This document shows positions 27,673-36,014 of a DNA stretch of 64,000 nucleotides, one piece after another (the stretch's first letter is position 1; the number at the start of each line of letters is the position of its first letter). The translations under genes and the position numbers were made by a program. The notes beneath the pieces were generated by a model. That model searched no databases. It had not been told where the DNA came from and was given only the letters and a program-made list of their open reading frames with translations. This DNA comes from Crocinitomicaceae bacterium (GTDB lineage Bacteria; Bacteroidota; Bacteroidia; Flavobacteriales_D; Sanyastnellaceae): contig NZGF01000079.1 of assembly GCA_002690915.1 (NCBI GenBank), positions 29,802-93,801 on the forward strand. The letters run 5' to 3'.

Positions 27673-30600
27673 TTGCAAGGATTTCGAATATGGTTGATGT
27701 GCATTATGGGGTTGTCATTCAGCCCAGTACATAGTCAGTCCTATTGGATGGAACATGGAACGTTGGAGCAATGGACACGGGTGGGAAACCGCTGGAAATT
27801 GAGTGCCTCAGAGGCCGGAACAGCATCCTTGGTGCTCCTCCCTGAGCACTTCATAAATCCGACAACGGGCTGCACCTTTCGGATTCGATGGCACCAAGGG
27901 TTTTCCGGATCCAATGCCAATTTCACCCGTGTCCATTGGCTGCTTGATTCCGTCGATTGGGCCACAGCTCCGACAGGAAGTGTCCCTGCAAACGGATGGT
28001 CCGAATTGGACGAGTACGGCCCGCTTTCCTTCATGCACTTGGGCGAAACTGGGACCAATGACTCCATTCTCTGGTATGGATTGGGGGCCAATGGTTTCTG
28101 GGATTCTGTGGTTTCCCCAATCAACAATGCGCATTTTCCGGGTTCCTTTGATGTTGAACTGAACTGGTCTCAGCACGCAGGCAGCGATTCTGCGCACATC
28201 ACCATTGCTCGCATTTTTGAAGATGAGAGCCGCCCTATCCAAGAATTTGGCGCTACTGCTGAACACGGACTACCCGTTGGTATTGGTTTCTCCGTCCAAT
28301 TCACCGCCTCAAATGCCGATGCGGCCTCAATCGAAATCTTAGAGTATGGCCCATTTGTAGCTGACACCCTCGCCCCTGTTTTGAAACGCGCGCGATTGCG
28401 TGCCGGTGGAGGGATGCAATTAGCATTTTCTGAACCTATGAATCCCGAAGCAGGGCATCTCATAGTAAGCTCAACCCTGGATTCTCTTCCCATTACCTGG
28501 TTCGACCCCCCGGCTCACAGAGGAGTGGCACTTCCAGCGCTGTTTCCCCATTATTTAGGGCTGCGAATTAGGCTGACCGGGTTCAAGGACTTCAACGGAG
28601 AGTCCATGGCAGATACAACCCTCACTGTTTACCCGGTCAAATCCTTCGCTGAACGAGGCGATGTGCTCATCACAGAGTGCATGATTGAATCACCCGTTCA
28701 AGGCGAATGGATCGAAATACTCAATGCCTCAGATTTGGCAATCGACCTGCACGACCTCAGTGTATGGGATGGGAGCACTGAAGCATTAAAATCACTTGCC
28801 CCAAGAATGGGTTGGGACGGGGTCCTCACTCCCGGTCAACGGGCAGTGCTGGCGAACCAATGGGGACCGTGGATGGTGGAAAAAGAAATCTCGTTCTTCG
28901 CCGAAATCCAGCCTTCCATGACGCTTTCCAACACGGGGGAAACCGTTGGAATCCAATCCTTGGAGGGCAACACCATCGACGAATTCACCTACAATAATGG
29001 GTGGTGGCATAGTAGCGAAACCGTTGGTCTGCAGAAAAAACACCCGATCGGCTGCACCCTTGAACAAAACTGGATTGCATTAGGCAATGAATCGGAGTCA
29101 AGTCCCGGAATCATCAGTCCAATGGAATGGCCAAAGGACACCATCATCCAACTGGTGACTGAATCAGCCGTTGCATTGGGTCAGGGTACTGGGATGTTTA
29201 CACTCAATCAGCCCCTTCATCCGAGCTGCAAGGCCGTGGTCAAAGGCGGATGGTCTTGGCGGGATGAGCATCAACCCAATGCACTTTTTTGGCGAATTGA
29301 TAGCCTCGCAGAAAACAGCACATGGCAAATCACAGCAGCCGGAGTTCAAGGTTGCTTCAATTCCACTTCCTCCACGATAAAAGCGACCCTTGATGTCGGG
29401 ATTTTCCCCGAAAATGGTGGCCTGATTATCACCGAAATCGCACACGACCCAAAAGGAATTTCTGAGGCATGGGGGACATTTGTGGAACTCCTGAATCCAT
29501 CCAAAATTCAAACTGTAGAGCTTTCTGGATGCACCATCAATGGAATACCCTTAAATGCAATGCCATCACTTCCTCCACTCGGTCGCGTCTGCATCCCCAT
29601 CCAACTTGACAAAGAGCATGGAAGAGTGGAACTGCAAAACCACAGAGGCAAAATCATTGATGCCGCCGCATATAGCCGCTGTTGGCATCCGAAGCGGAGC
29701 CAATCCGAAGCGGGACTCAGCCTGGTACGACTTCAACCGCAGGCAGGACGCGTTCACCCCGGAGCTTGGTGGGCATGGACCTCAAGTGCCGAAACAGCAA
29801 CCGGTTGCTCCCCTGGTGTGGCGGATTTAGCGGAGTCAAGTTTGCCATCGCCTCCCAAAGCAACGGCCATCGCTTGTGGCCAACGCAATGGCGAACGGCT
29901 AATCTTGTTTACTGCCCCTGTTGAACTTGCACCGCCTTGGACGCCAATCGATTCATTGCACAAGAAGGGCCTGATGTGGATCTCCCCAACCGGCAGCGCG
30001 GCACCATTTGAAGCAGTCTGTCCAGCTTCAAGCACCAATATTGATGCCACGCTGGTCAGCCTTAATGAGGTTGGGAAAAGGAGAGCTGGGGGCGCAGAGC
30101 CTTTCATTGAACTGGCCAATCCCAGTGCTCATTGGACATCAACCAAAAACCTGTTCTGGTCCACCGCAGCCATCCCTTTTCCGGACGATTGGATGCCGGT
30201 CAGTTCCGATACGGAGTGGTTCATCCCGCCCCAAACAACCTTGGCGTTTGCCTCTTGCCCCTCCCGTATTGAGTCAGACGACAAACGCGTCTTGCCTGCC
30301 CACCTTCCAAGTTTGTGGGGGTCCGTCGAACTTCGATTGGCTGAAAGCGGTAACGTGACGGATTCATTCATTTTCCAATCCGAAATGGAAGCTCCATGGC
30401 ATAGTGATATGCACAGCATCGAAAAAACAAACCGCAACGCTCGGGGGGAGGAGGCTCAATGGAAAACTGCGGCCTCCGCAACAGGGAACACGGCCGGCTC
30501 ATGGAACAGTTGGCAAATCCAACCTGGATTAAGTTTGAACGCGGACGTCCTTCACATAACCAATTCAACCGGTTTTGCCTCCACCTACGGAACCGTAGTT

Positions 30601-30870
30601 CCAATTTCTTTCCAGGTTTCAGCACCTGATGAGGGGGCATGGCAAGTGCATTGGACCATTGAGAACAATCTCGGTGTTAACGTCGCTTCCAATGCCAACT
30701 TACCCCGCTTGATCGAAGGCAACCAAGCCACCGTATTTCATTGGGATGGAGGCCATGGAGAAAACTTCGCTGCACTCGGGCCGTACCTTTTGAAGGTCGA
30801 GTTGCATTCCTTACAAAGCCATCGTTTCATTTGCGCGCAGGCGCCGGTATTTGTTTGCCCCCATCAATAG
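27673..30870 (+). CDS. Large exported protein with three lamin-tail-domain (LTD)-like repeats, an Ig-like module and a FlgD-Ig/T9SS-like C-terminal domain
   Basis: The TTG start gives the signal peptide MQGFRIWLMCIMGLSFSPVHSQ. The three LTD-like units are at about aa 328-480, 580-717 and 791-946. Each has h-h-I/L-T/N-E, then E/F-hEL-N, and ends in W...S...G-S/T-P/A-G. DTLAPVL marks an SbsA-Ig-like module. The C-terminus reads HWDGGHGENFAALGPYLLKVEL. Confidence 0.6.
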   Translation: MQGFRIWLMCIMGLSFSPVHSQSYWMEHGTLEQWTRVGNRWKLSASEAGTASLVLLPEHFINPTTGCTFRIRWHQGFSGSNANFTRVHWLLDSVDWATAPTGSVPANGWSELDEYGPLSFMHLGETGTNDSILWYGLGANGFWDSVVSPINNAHFPGSFDVELNWSQHAGSDSAHITIARIFEDESRPIQEFGATAEHGLPVGIGFSVQFTASNADAASIEILEYGPFVADTLAPVLKRARLRAGGGMQLAFSEPMNPEAGHLIVSSTLDSLPITWFDPPAHRGVALPALFPHYLGLRIRLTGFKDFNGESMADTTLTVYPVKSFAERGDVLITECMIESPVQGEWIEILNASDLAIDLHDLSVWDGSTEALKSLAPRMGWDGVLTPGQRAVLANQWGPWMVEKEISFFAEIQPSMTLSNTGETVGIQSLEGNTIDEFTYNNGWWHSSETVGLQKKHPIGCTLEQNWIALGNESESSPGIISPMEWPKDTIIQLVTESAVALGQGTGMFTLNQPLHPSCKAVVKGGWSWRDEHQPNALFWRIDSLAENSTWQITAAGVQGCFNSTSSTIKATLDVGIFPENGGLIITEIAHDPKGISEAWGTFVELLNPSKIQTVELSGCTINGIPLNAMPSLPPLGRVCIPIQLDKEHGRVELQNHRGKIIDAAAYSRCWHPKRSQSEAGLSLVRLQPQAGRVHPGAWWAWTSSAETATGCSPGVADLAESSLPSPPKATAIACGQRNGERLILFTAPVELAPPWTPIDSLHKKGLMWISPTGSAAPFEAVCPASSTNIDATLVSLNEVGKRRAGGAEPFIELANPSAHWTSTKNLFWSTAAIPFPDDWMPVSSDTEWFIPPQTTLAFASCPSRIESDDKRVLPAHLPSLWGSVELRLAESGNVTDSFIFQSEMEAPWHSDMHSIEKTNRNARGEEAQWKTAASATGNTAGSWNSWQIQPGLSLNADVLHITNSTGFASTYGTVVPISFQVSAPDEGAWQVHWTIENNLGVNVASNANLPRLIEGNQATVFHWDGGHGENFAALGPYLLKVELHSLQSHRFICAQAPVFVCPHQ

Positions 30871-30906
30871 CACACAAAATCCCTTCAACTTTGGCATCTT
30901 CGCAAC

Positions 30907-31581
30907 ATGTTCGAAGGGATGCCCTTACCGATTTCACCGCTGGACGCCTACGTACTTCCATTGTGGATATGCGCAGTCGGTCTAGGTGCGACCGCTTTGC
31001 TGAAAATCCAATTCGACCGCGAATGGGCCCTGACCATGTATACGGCCTACCAAATCCAACGCGTATGGCAACGGCTGGCTGACGAGTCTGCACGCACAGG
31101 AGGCACCTTGACCAGCCATGGAATCGGCATCATCTCCTGGGCCTTGCTCGGATCTTTATGGGGCGTGAATGCTTCCACAACGCCCAATGTCGAAGTCGCT
31201 GGAACCGGTGCGATGTGGGGAGCTCTGATCGGATTGATCACACTGATAACCCGTCAGGTTGGCGGCTGGATTGGCGTGTGGGTAACGCTCGAACGAGAGG
31301 CCATTGAGCGGGGATTTGAAGTGGATCGCCACATGCGCAATTGGTTGCTGTGGATACTCATTGCGCTGGTTCTTTGGGAATTAGCACAATTTAATGGATT
31401 CGAAAGCCGAGGAGAAATGTGGATGCACGTAAGCACTTCATGGTGGATTTGGCTTGCACTCAAGTGGATGCGCCAGTTTCAATCGGTCATAAACAAACAG
31501 CTTCATATTGGATGGGGAATTGCGTACATTTGCACCCTCGAAATTGGACCATCCTTCCTGCTGTTCGAGTATGCAGGCTGA
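30907..31581 (+). CDS. DUF4271-like polytopic membrane protein
   Basis: It has about six hydrophobic helices. The position immediately upstream of the hemD-like gene and rnpA matches the Bacteroidota DUF4271 neighbourhood. Confidence 0.6.
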   Translation: MFEGMPLPISPLDAYVLPLWICAVGLGATALLKIQFDREWALTMYTAYQIQRVWQRLADESARTGGTLTSHGIGIISWALLGSLWGVNASTTPNVEVAGTGAMWGALIGLITLITRQVGGWIGVWVTLEREAIERGFEVDRHMRNWLLWILIALVLWELAQFNGFESRGEMWMHVSTSWWIWLALKWMRQFQSVINKQLHIGWGIAYICTLEIGPSFLLFEYAG

Positions 31582-31610
31582 TCCAATGGAACAAGCACTG
31601 AAGAACCGAC

Positions 31611-32354
31611 ATGGCGAAGAAGCTCAAGACCGTCCTGATTTCACAGCCAAAGCCCACCACGGAAAAATCACCGTACTTTGACCTGGCCGATCGTCAGAAA
31701 CTGACCATTGATTTCCGTCCATTTATCCACGTTGAAGGCCTGGAGCCGCAGGATTTCCGACAGCAGCGCATCGACTTAGCCGAGCATACGGCCGTCATAC
31801 TAACCAGCCGAAATGCGGTAGACCATTTTTTCCGGCTGGCTGCAGATTTACGCTTTGACGTGCCCGACACCATGAAGTACTTCTGCATCAGTGAAGCCAC
31901 CGCATTTTACCTTCAGAAATACGTCGTGTACCGCAAGCGCAAGATTTTCTTCGGCAAGCACCGTTTCCACGATCTCATGGACAGCATCAAGAAGCACACG
32001 CAAGAAAAGTTCCTGTTGCCTTGCAGCGATTTGATGAAACCGTCCATTCCAAAGATCCTCGACGAGGATGGCATCAATTACACCCGGGCGATGATGTACC
32101 GCACCGTTTGCAGCGACTTGAGTGATCTATCTGATGTCAAATACGACTGTCTTGTTTTCTACAGCCCAAGCGGCATCGAAAGCCTTTTCAAGAATTTCCC
32201 GGATTTCGAACAAGGCAATACGCGCATCGCGACTTTTGGCCCAACAACAGCCAAAGCAGCGGAGCAAGCCAACCTGCGCATTGATATTTCCGCGCCCACG
32301 CCTCAGGCGCCTTCAATGACTATGGCCATTGAGCATTACATTCAAGGCAAATAG
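31611..32354 (+). CDS. hemD: Uroporphyrinogen-III synthase-like (HemD family)
   Basis: Seen: TVLISQPKPTTEKSPYFDLADRQKLTIDFRPFIHVEG, the characteristic N-terminus of Bacteroidota HemD-like proteins. The layout is two-lobed. Confidence 0.75.
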   Translation: MAKKLKTVLISQPKPTTEKSPYFDLADRQKLTIDFRPFIHVEGLEPQDFRQQRIDLAEHTAVILTSRNAVDHFFRLAADLRFDVPDTMKYFCISEATAFYLQKYVVYRKRKIFFGKHRFHDLMDSIKKHTQEKFLLPCSDLMKPSIPKILDEDGINYTRAMMYRTVCSDLSDLSDVKYDCLVFYSPSGIESLFKNFPDFEQGNTRIATFGPTTAKAAEQANLRIDISAPTPQAPSMTMAIEHYIQGK

Positions 32355-32360
32355 CTCCCT

Positions 32361-32783
32361 TTGCCTGAAGCGCAGTCCTTTTCCTTTCCCAAATCCGAAC
32401 GCCTGAAATCCAAAAAGCTGATTGAGGCCACGTTTGTCACGGGTCAAAAGTTCAAAGCATGGCCCCTTATTGCAAAGTGCATAGACGCCCAATTGAGCGA
32501 GGACGTGCCTTGCCAAATCCTCGTATCCGTGAGCAAGCGTTCTTTTAAACGTGCAGTGGATCGCAACCGAATCAAGCGGTTGATGCGCGAAGCATGGCGT
32601 TTGCAAAAACATACCGCTTACATGGCGTTTCAAGAACACGAAAAACAACGTGCGCTCGTTCTCATTTATGTGGGTAAAGAATTGCCTACTTTCGAAAGAA
32701 TGCGAGCAAGCATGGAAACGTTGATTGCACAAATGATTGAAGGACTAGCAACGGCCGAGCAGCCCCAATCGGACACCCCATAA
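32361..32783 (+). CDS. rnpA: Ribonuclease P protein component
   Basis: The protein is small and basic, with FPKSERLKSKKLIEATF and KRAVDRNRIKRLMREA (RNR-like motif). The start is TTG. Confidence 0.85.
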   Translation: MPEAQSFSFPKSERLKSKKLIEATFVTGQKFKAWPLIAKCIDAQLSEDVPCQILVSVSKRSFKRAVDRNRIKRLMREAWRLQKHTAYMAFQEHEKQRALVLIYVGKELPTFERMRASMETLIAQMIEGLATAEQPQSDTP

Positions 32784-32784
32784 A

Positions 32785-34452
32785 ATGGAAAAGAAGCAGA
32801 CCAAAAAAACATGGATGTGGTTGGTGCCGCTCGCCGGACTGATGGCTGCAGCAGTGCCGCTCAGGGAAAACTACTTTGAACTGTCAAAGCAGTTGGAAAT
32901 CATGACGGCCATGTTCCGCGAATTGAACATCTATTATGTAGATGAGATCCAACCAGGCCAGCTCATGGAGACGGGTATGGATGCCATGGTGAAAAGCCTC
33001 GACCCCTACACGATGTACTACCCTGAATCTCGGGTAGAAGACTTACGTTTTATGACCACCGGCGAATACGGCGGGATCGGCGCGTCAATGCAATTCATCA
33101 ACGACCGCCACCTGATTGTGGACGTGCTGCCGGATTTTCCAGCGGCACGTGCCGGTTTGCAAATAGGGGACGAACTGGTGGCCATTGATGGTCAATCTTT
33201 GGCAGGAGTAGATCCAGACCTTGTCCCGGATATGCTGCAAGGCGCAAGCGGCACCAGCGTCGATATCTTATACCGTCCGAATGGATCCCTCACATCCGTA
33301 AATCTGACCGTAGAACGCGAAAAAATCAAGCTCCCTGCCGTGCCCTACCGCGAGGTGATAGGGGACAGCACGGGATATGTCATCTTGAGTGCATTCACAC
33401 GAGGATCATCGTTTGAGCTCCGACAAGCCATCCGCTACCTCAAGGACAGCGTGGGTGTCAATCAACTGGTCCTCGATCTACGCGGCAACGGCGGTGGCCT
33501 TTTGCAAGAGTCCATCAGCATTGTAAACCTGTTCATCCAGAAAGACCAAGAGGTAGTGAGCACCCGCGGCAAAAAGGAAGAGTGGATGAAATCCTACTCC
33601 ACCATGGCCGACCCTTTGGTGCCCGATCTGCCCGTCGCCGTCCTAATCGACGAACAGTCGGCTTCGGCCTCTGAGATTGTATCAGGCACCTTGCAAGACC
33701 TCGATCGCGCCATCGTGGTCGGACAGGAAAGCTTCGGAAAAGGCCTCGTTCAGCAAACCAAGCCCCTCGCCTATGGCACCAAACTCAAGGTCACCGTCGC
33801 GAAATACTACACGGCGAGCGGCCGGTGTATACAACGGCTGGACTACGGTGGTGACCGTGAGGATGATGGCAGCGCAAGGGCGTTCTCAGATTCGACGCGA
33901 CAGGTTTTTTACACACGCAATGGCCGCCCTGTCACCGACGGAGCAGGCGTCCAACCTGATGTTGAAGTTGACGTACCGTACATGAGTTATGTACTCGAAG
34001 GTTTGTACCTAAATGGAATCATTTTCGACTTTGCGAACGCATGGAGCGCAAAGCGCGACAGCATCGGACCGGCTTCCACGTTTGCCATGCAGCAAGCGGA
34101 CTGGGATGCCTTCGTCTCCTTTGCGTTGGCACATGAATCCACGGCATTTGAATCGCGCACATTGGATGCTTTTGAGCTACTGGAAACCCTTGCTCGCGAG
34201 GAGCAATTCTACGCCTTAGACTCGGCCACTTTTGATGCGTTTGGCTCCATTTTGAGGCCCAACATTGAACGTGATTTGAACCGCTTTCGGGACGAAATTA
34301 CTTGGGCACTGGAAGAAGAGTTGGTCATGCGGTATCACCTCCAAACCGGGGTCATCGAATGGTCCATTCCCCGCGACAGCTCCCTGAACAAAGCCATCGA
34401 CTTGATGCGATCCGGCGCACACAAAGCCATTTTGGCTGGACCGACACCGTAA
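32785..34452 (+). CDS. ctp: S41-family carboxy-terminal processing peptidase with PDZ domain
   Basis: Seen: PDZ (AARAGLQIGDELVAIDG), LDLRGNGGG, SASASEIVSG (catalytic Ser) and GKGLVQ (Lys). Confidence 0.9.
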   Translation: MEKKQTKKTWMWLVPLAGLMAAAVPLRENYFELSKQLEIMTAMFRELNIYYVDEIQPGQLMETGMDAMVKSLDPYTMYYPESRVEDLRFMTTGEYGGIGASMQFINDRHLIVDVLPDFPAARAGLQIGDELVAIDGQSLAGVDPDLVPDMLQGASGTSVDILYRPNGSLTSVNLTVEREKIKLPAVPYREVIGDSTGYVILSAFTRGSSFELRQAIRYLKDSVGVNQLVLDLRGNGGGLLQESISIVNLFIQKDQEVVSTRGKKEEWMKSYSTMADPLVPDLPVAVLIDEQSASASEIVSGTLQDLDRAIVVGQESFGKGLVQQTKPLAYGTKLKVTVAKYYTASGRCIQRLDYGGDREDDGSARAFSDSTRQVFYTRNGRPVTDGAGVQPDVEVDVPYMSYVLEGLYLNGIIFDFANAWSAKRDSIGPASTFAMQQADWDAFVSFALAHESTAFESRTLDAFELLETLAREEQFYALDSATFDAFGSILRPNIERDLNRFRDEITWALEEELVMRYHLQTGVIEWSIPRDSSLNKAIDLMRSGAHKAILAGPTP

Positions 34453-34454
34453 TT

Positions 34455-36014
34455 ATGTTTTCCAACTCCACCGGAACGGATTCTCGTGTGCAGCGTTGGT
34501 ATGATGCCGCGCTCATACTCACGGCCATCGCCCTCCCGTTTTCGAACTTTCTCATGAGCCAAGGGGCCTTTCTCTTGGTCATTGCGTGGGGGGTTGACCG
34601 GTGGAAAAATGGACCCCTCTTCCGTGGAAGAACATGGTCGTATTGGCAGGCACAACCGGTGCTGTGGGCGGTATTGGCTCTGTATTCCTGGGAATTACTT
34701 AGCCAGCTCTGGTCCACAGATTGGGCCTACGGCTGGCGAGTCCTCCGAATCCAGCTTCCTCTCCTCGCATTTCCCCTCATCCTTACCACAGCACGGTGGG
34801 ACCAAAGGCTCGGCTTGCAACGCGTTCAAGCTGCCTTAGCGGTTGCTGTTATTGCAGCATGCGGAAGTTGCCTGTGGATGGGTATGCAAAAATCCGGAGA
34901 ACTTAAGCCCCGCGATTGGTCGCCGTTTATCTCCCATATCCGATTCAGCTTAATCATCACATTTACCTGGGGCTGGTGGTTGATTCGCTGGTTCAAAAGC
35001 CGAAAACAAGTAGCACTACTCGTTTTGCTACTAATCACCATTCTGGGCGGCTGGTTCACCTGGAAAACCGCTTCGCTCACCGGTGCCATCTTATTCCCCT
35101 TAATCCTGCTGGTTGCCTCGTGGCAATTCCTGCAGTTGCGCAGGGCAGTACTGGGTTTGTGCATTGCGGGAGTGGTGACATTGGGCGCGGTGGCGTGGCA
35201 CCTATTGCCGATCTACCCCGAAGCACATACCCTGGAAGCAAAAACGCCCCGAGGGGAGGCCTACGTCAACCACTCCGACCGGTGTTTGCGCGAAAACGGC
35301 ACCCACATTTGGGTTCACATCGCTTGGAACGAGCTTAATGAGGCCTGGTCTTCTCGAAGTGCCTTGGACTTCAACGGCCAAGACGAAAGGAACCAGGAAC
35401 TCAGGATGACCTTGATTCGCTTTTTGGCCTCCAAAGGATTGAAAAAAGACGCCGACGGGGTCAGCGCCCTGAGCGATGAAGAGATTAGGTGGATTGAAGA
35501 GGGCATTCCAACGGTATTAGAAAAAACCCGACGCGGCTTGCGGCGACGACTCGATGTCATCCAATTCGAAGTGTGGAACGCCCGGGACGGTGGCAATCCC
35601 AGCGGGCATTCATTGGTGCAGCGGTTTGCCTTTCTCGACGCCGCCCGGCACATCTACCAACAGCATCCTGTCCTTGGTGTCGGAATTGGTGACTTACCGC
35701 ATAATTATGATGCAGCATACAGCGCCCTCGACTCCCCCCTGGATGAAGAGTTCAGGCTTCGGGCACACAATCAGTACATTACGTTTTTAGTGGCAGGTGG
35801 ACCCATGAACCTAATCCTGTGGTTGGTGCTACTTGCTGCGCTCATTCCACTGAACTCGCGGCGGTCCGATTATCCCACGTCTGCAGCCGTCGTGTTCTTG
35901 GTCGTAATTGCGCTTTCCTGTTTGACCGAAGACACTTTGGAAACCCAAGCGGGCGTGACCTTCGCTGGATTCTTCATTGGCTTATTTGGTCGCCGGCAAC
36001 CCGCACAGGTCTAA
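34455..36014 (+). CDS. O-antigen ligase / Wzy_C-family polytopic membrane protein
   Basis: It has about 10 TM helices and a large loop with GVGIGD...HNQYITFLVAGGPMNL, typical of the Wzy_C/WaaL family. The start is ATG 34455, and the tracked 34302 extension overlaps ctp. Confidence 0.75.
   Translation: MFSNSTGTDSRVQRWYDAALILTAIALPFSNFLMSQGAFLLVIAWGVDRWKNGPLFRGRTWSYWQAQPVLWAVLALYSWELLSQLWSTDWAYGWRVLRIQLPLLAFPLILTTARWDQRLGLQRVQAALAVAVIAACGSCLWMGMQKSGELKPRDWSPFISHIRFSLIITFTWGWWLIRWFKSRKQVALLVLLLITILGGWFTWKTASLTGAILFPLILLVASWQFLQLRRAVLGLCIAGVVTLGAVAWHLLPIYPEAHTLEAKTPRGEAYVNHSDRCLRENGTHIWVHIAWNELNEAWSSRSALDFNGQDERNQELRMTLIRFLASKGLKKDADGVSALSDEEIRWIEEGIPTVLEKTRRGLRRRLDVIQFEVWNARDGGNPSGHSLVQRFAFLDAARHIYQQHPVLGVGIGDLPHNYDAAYSALDSPLDEEFRLRAHNQYITFLVAGGPMNLILWLVLLAALIPLNSRRSDYPTSAAVVFLVVIALSCLTEDTLETQAGVTFAGFFIGLFGRRQPAQV

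Noticed and set aside
34302-34454. An N-terminal extension of the O-antigen-ligase-like ORF.
   Set aside because: It overlaps the well-supported 3' end of ctp in another frame. The hydrophobic membrane protein begins naturally at ATG 34455, 2 nt after the ctp stop.
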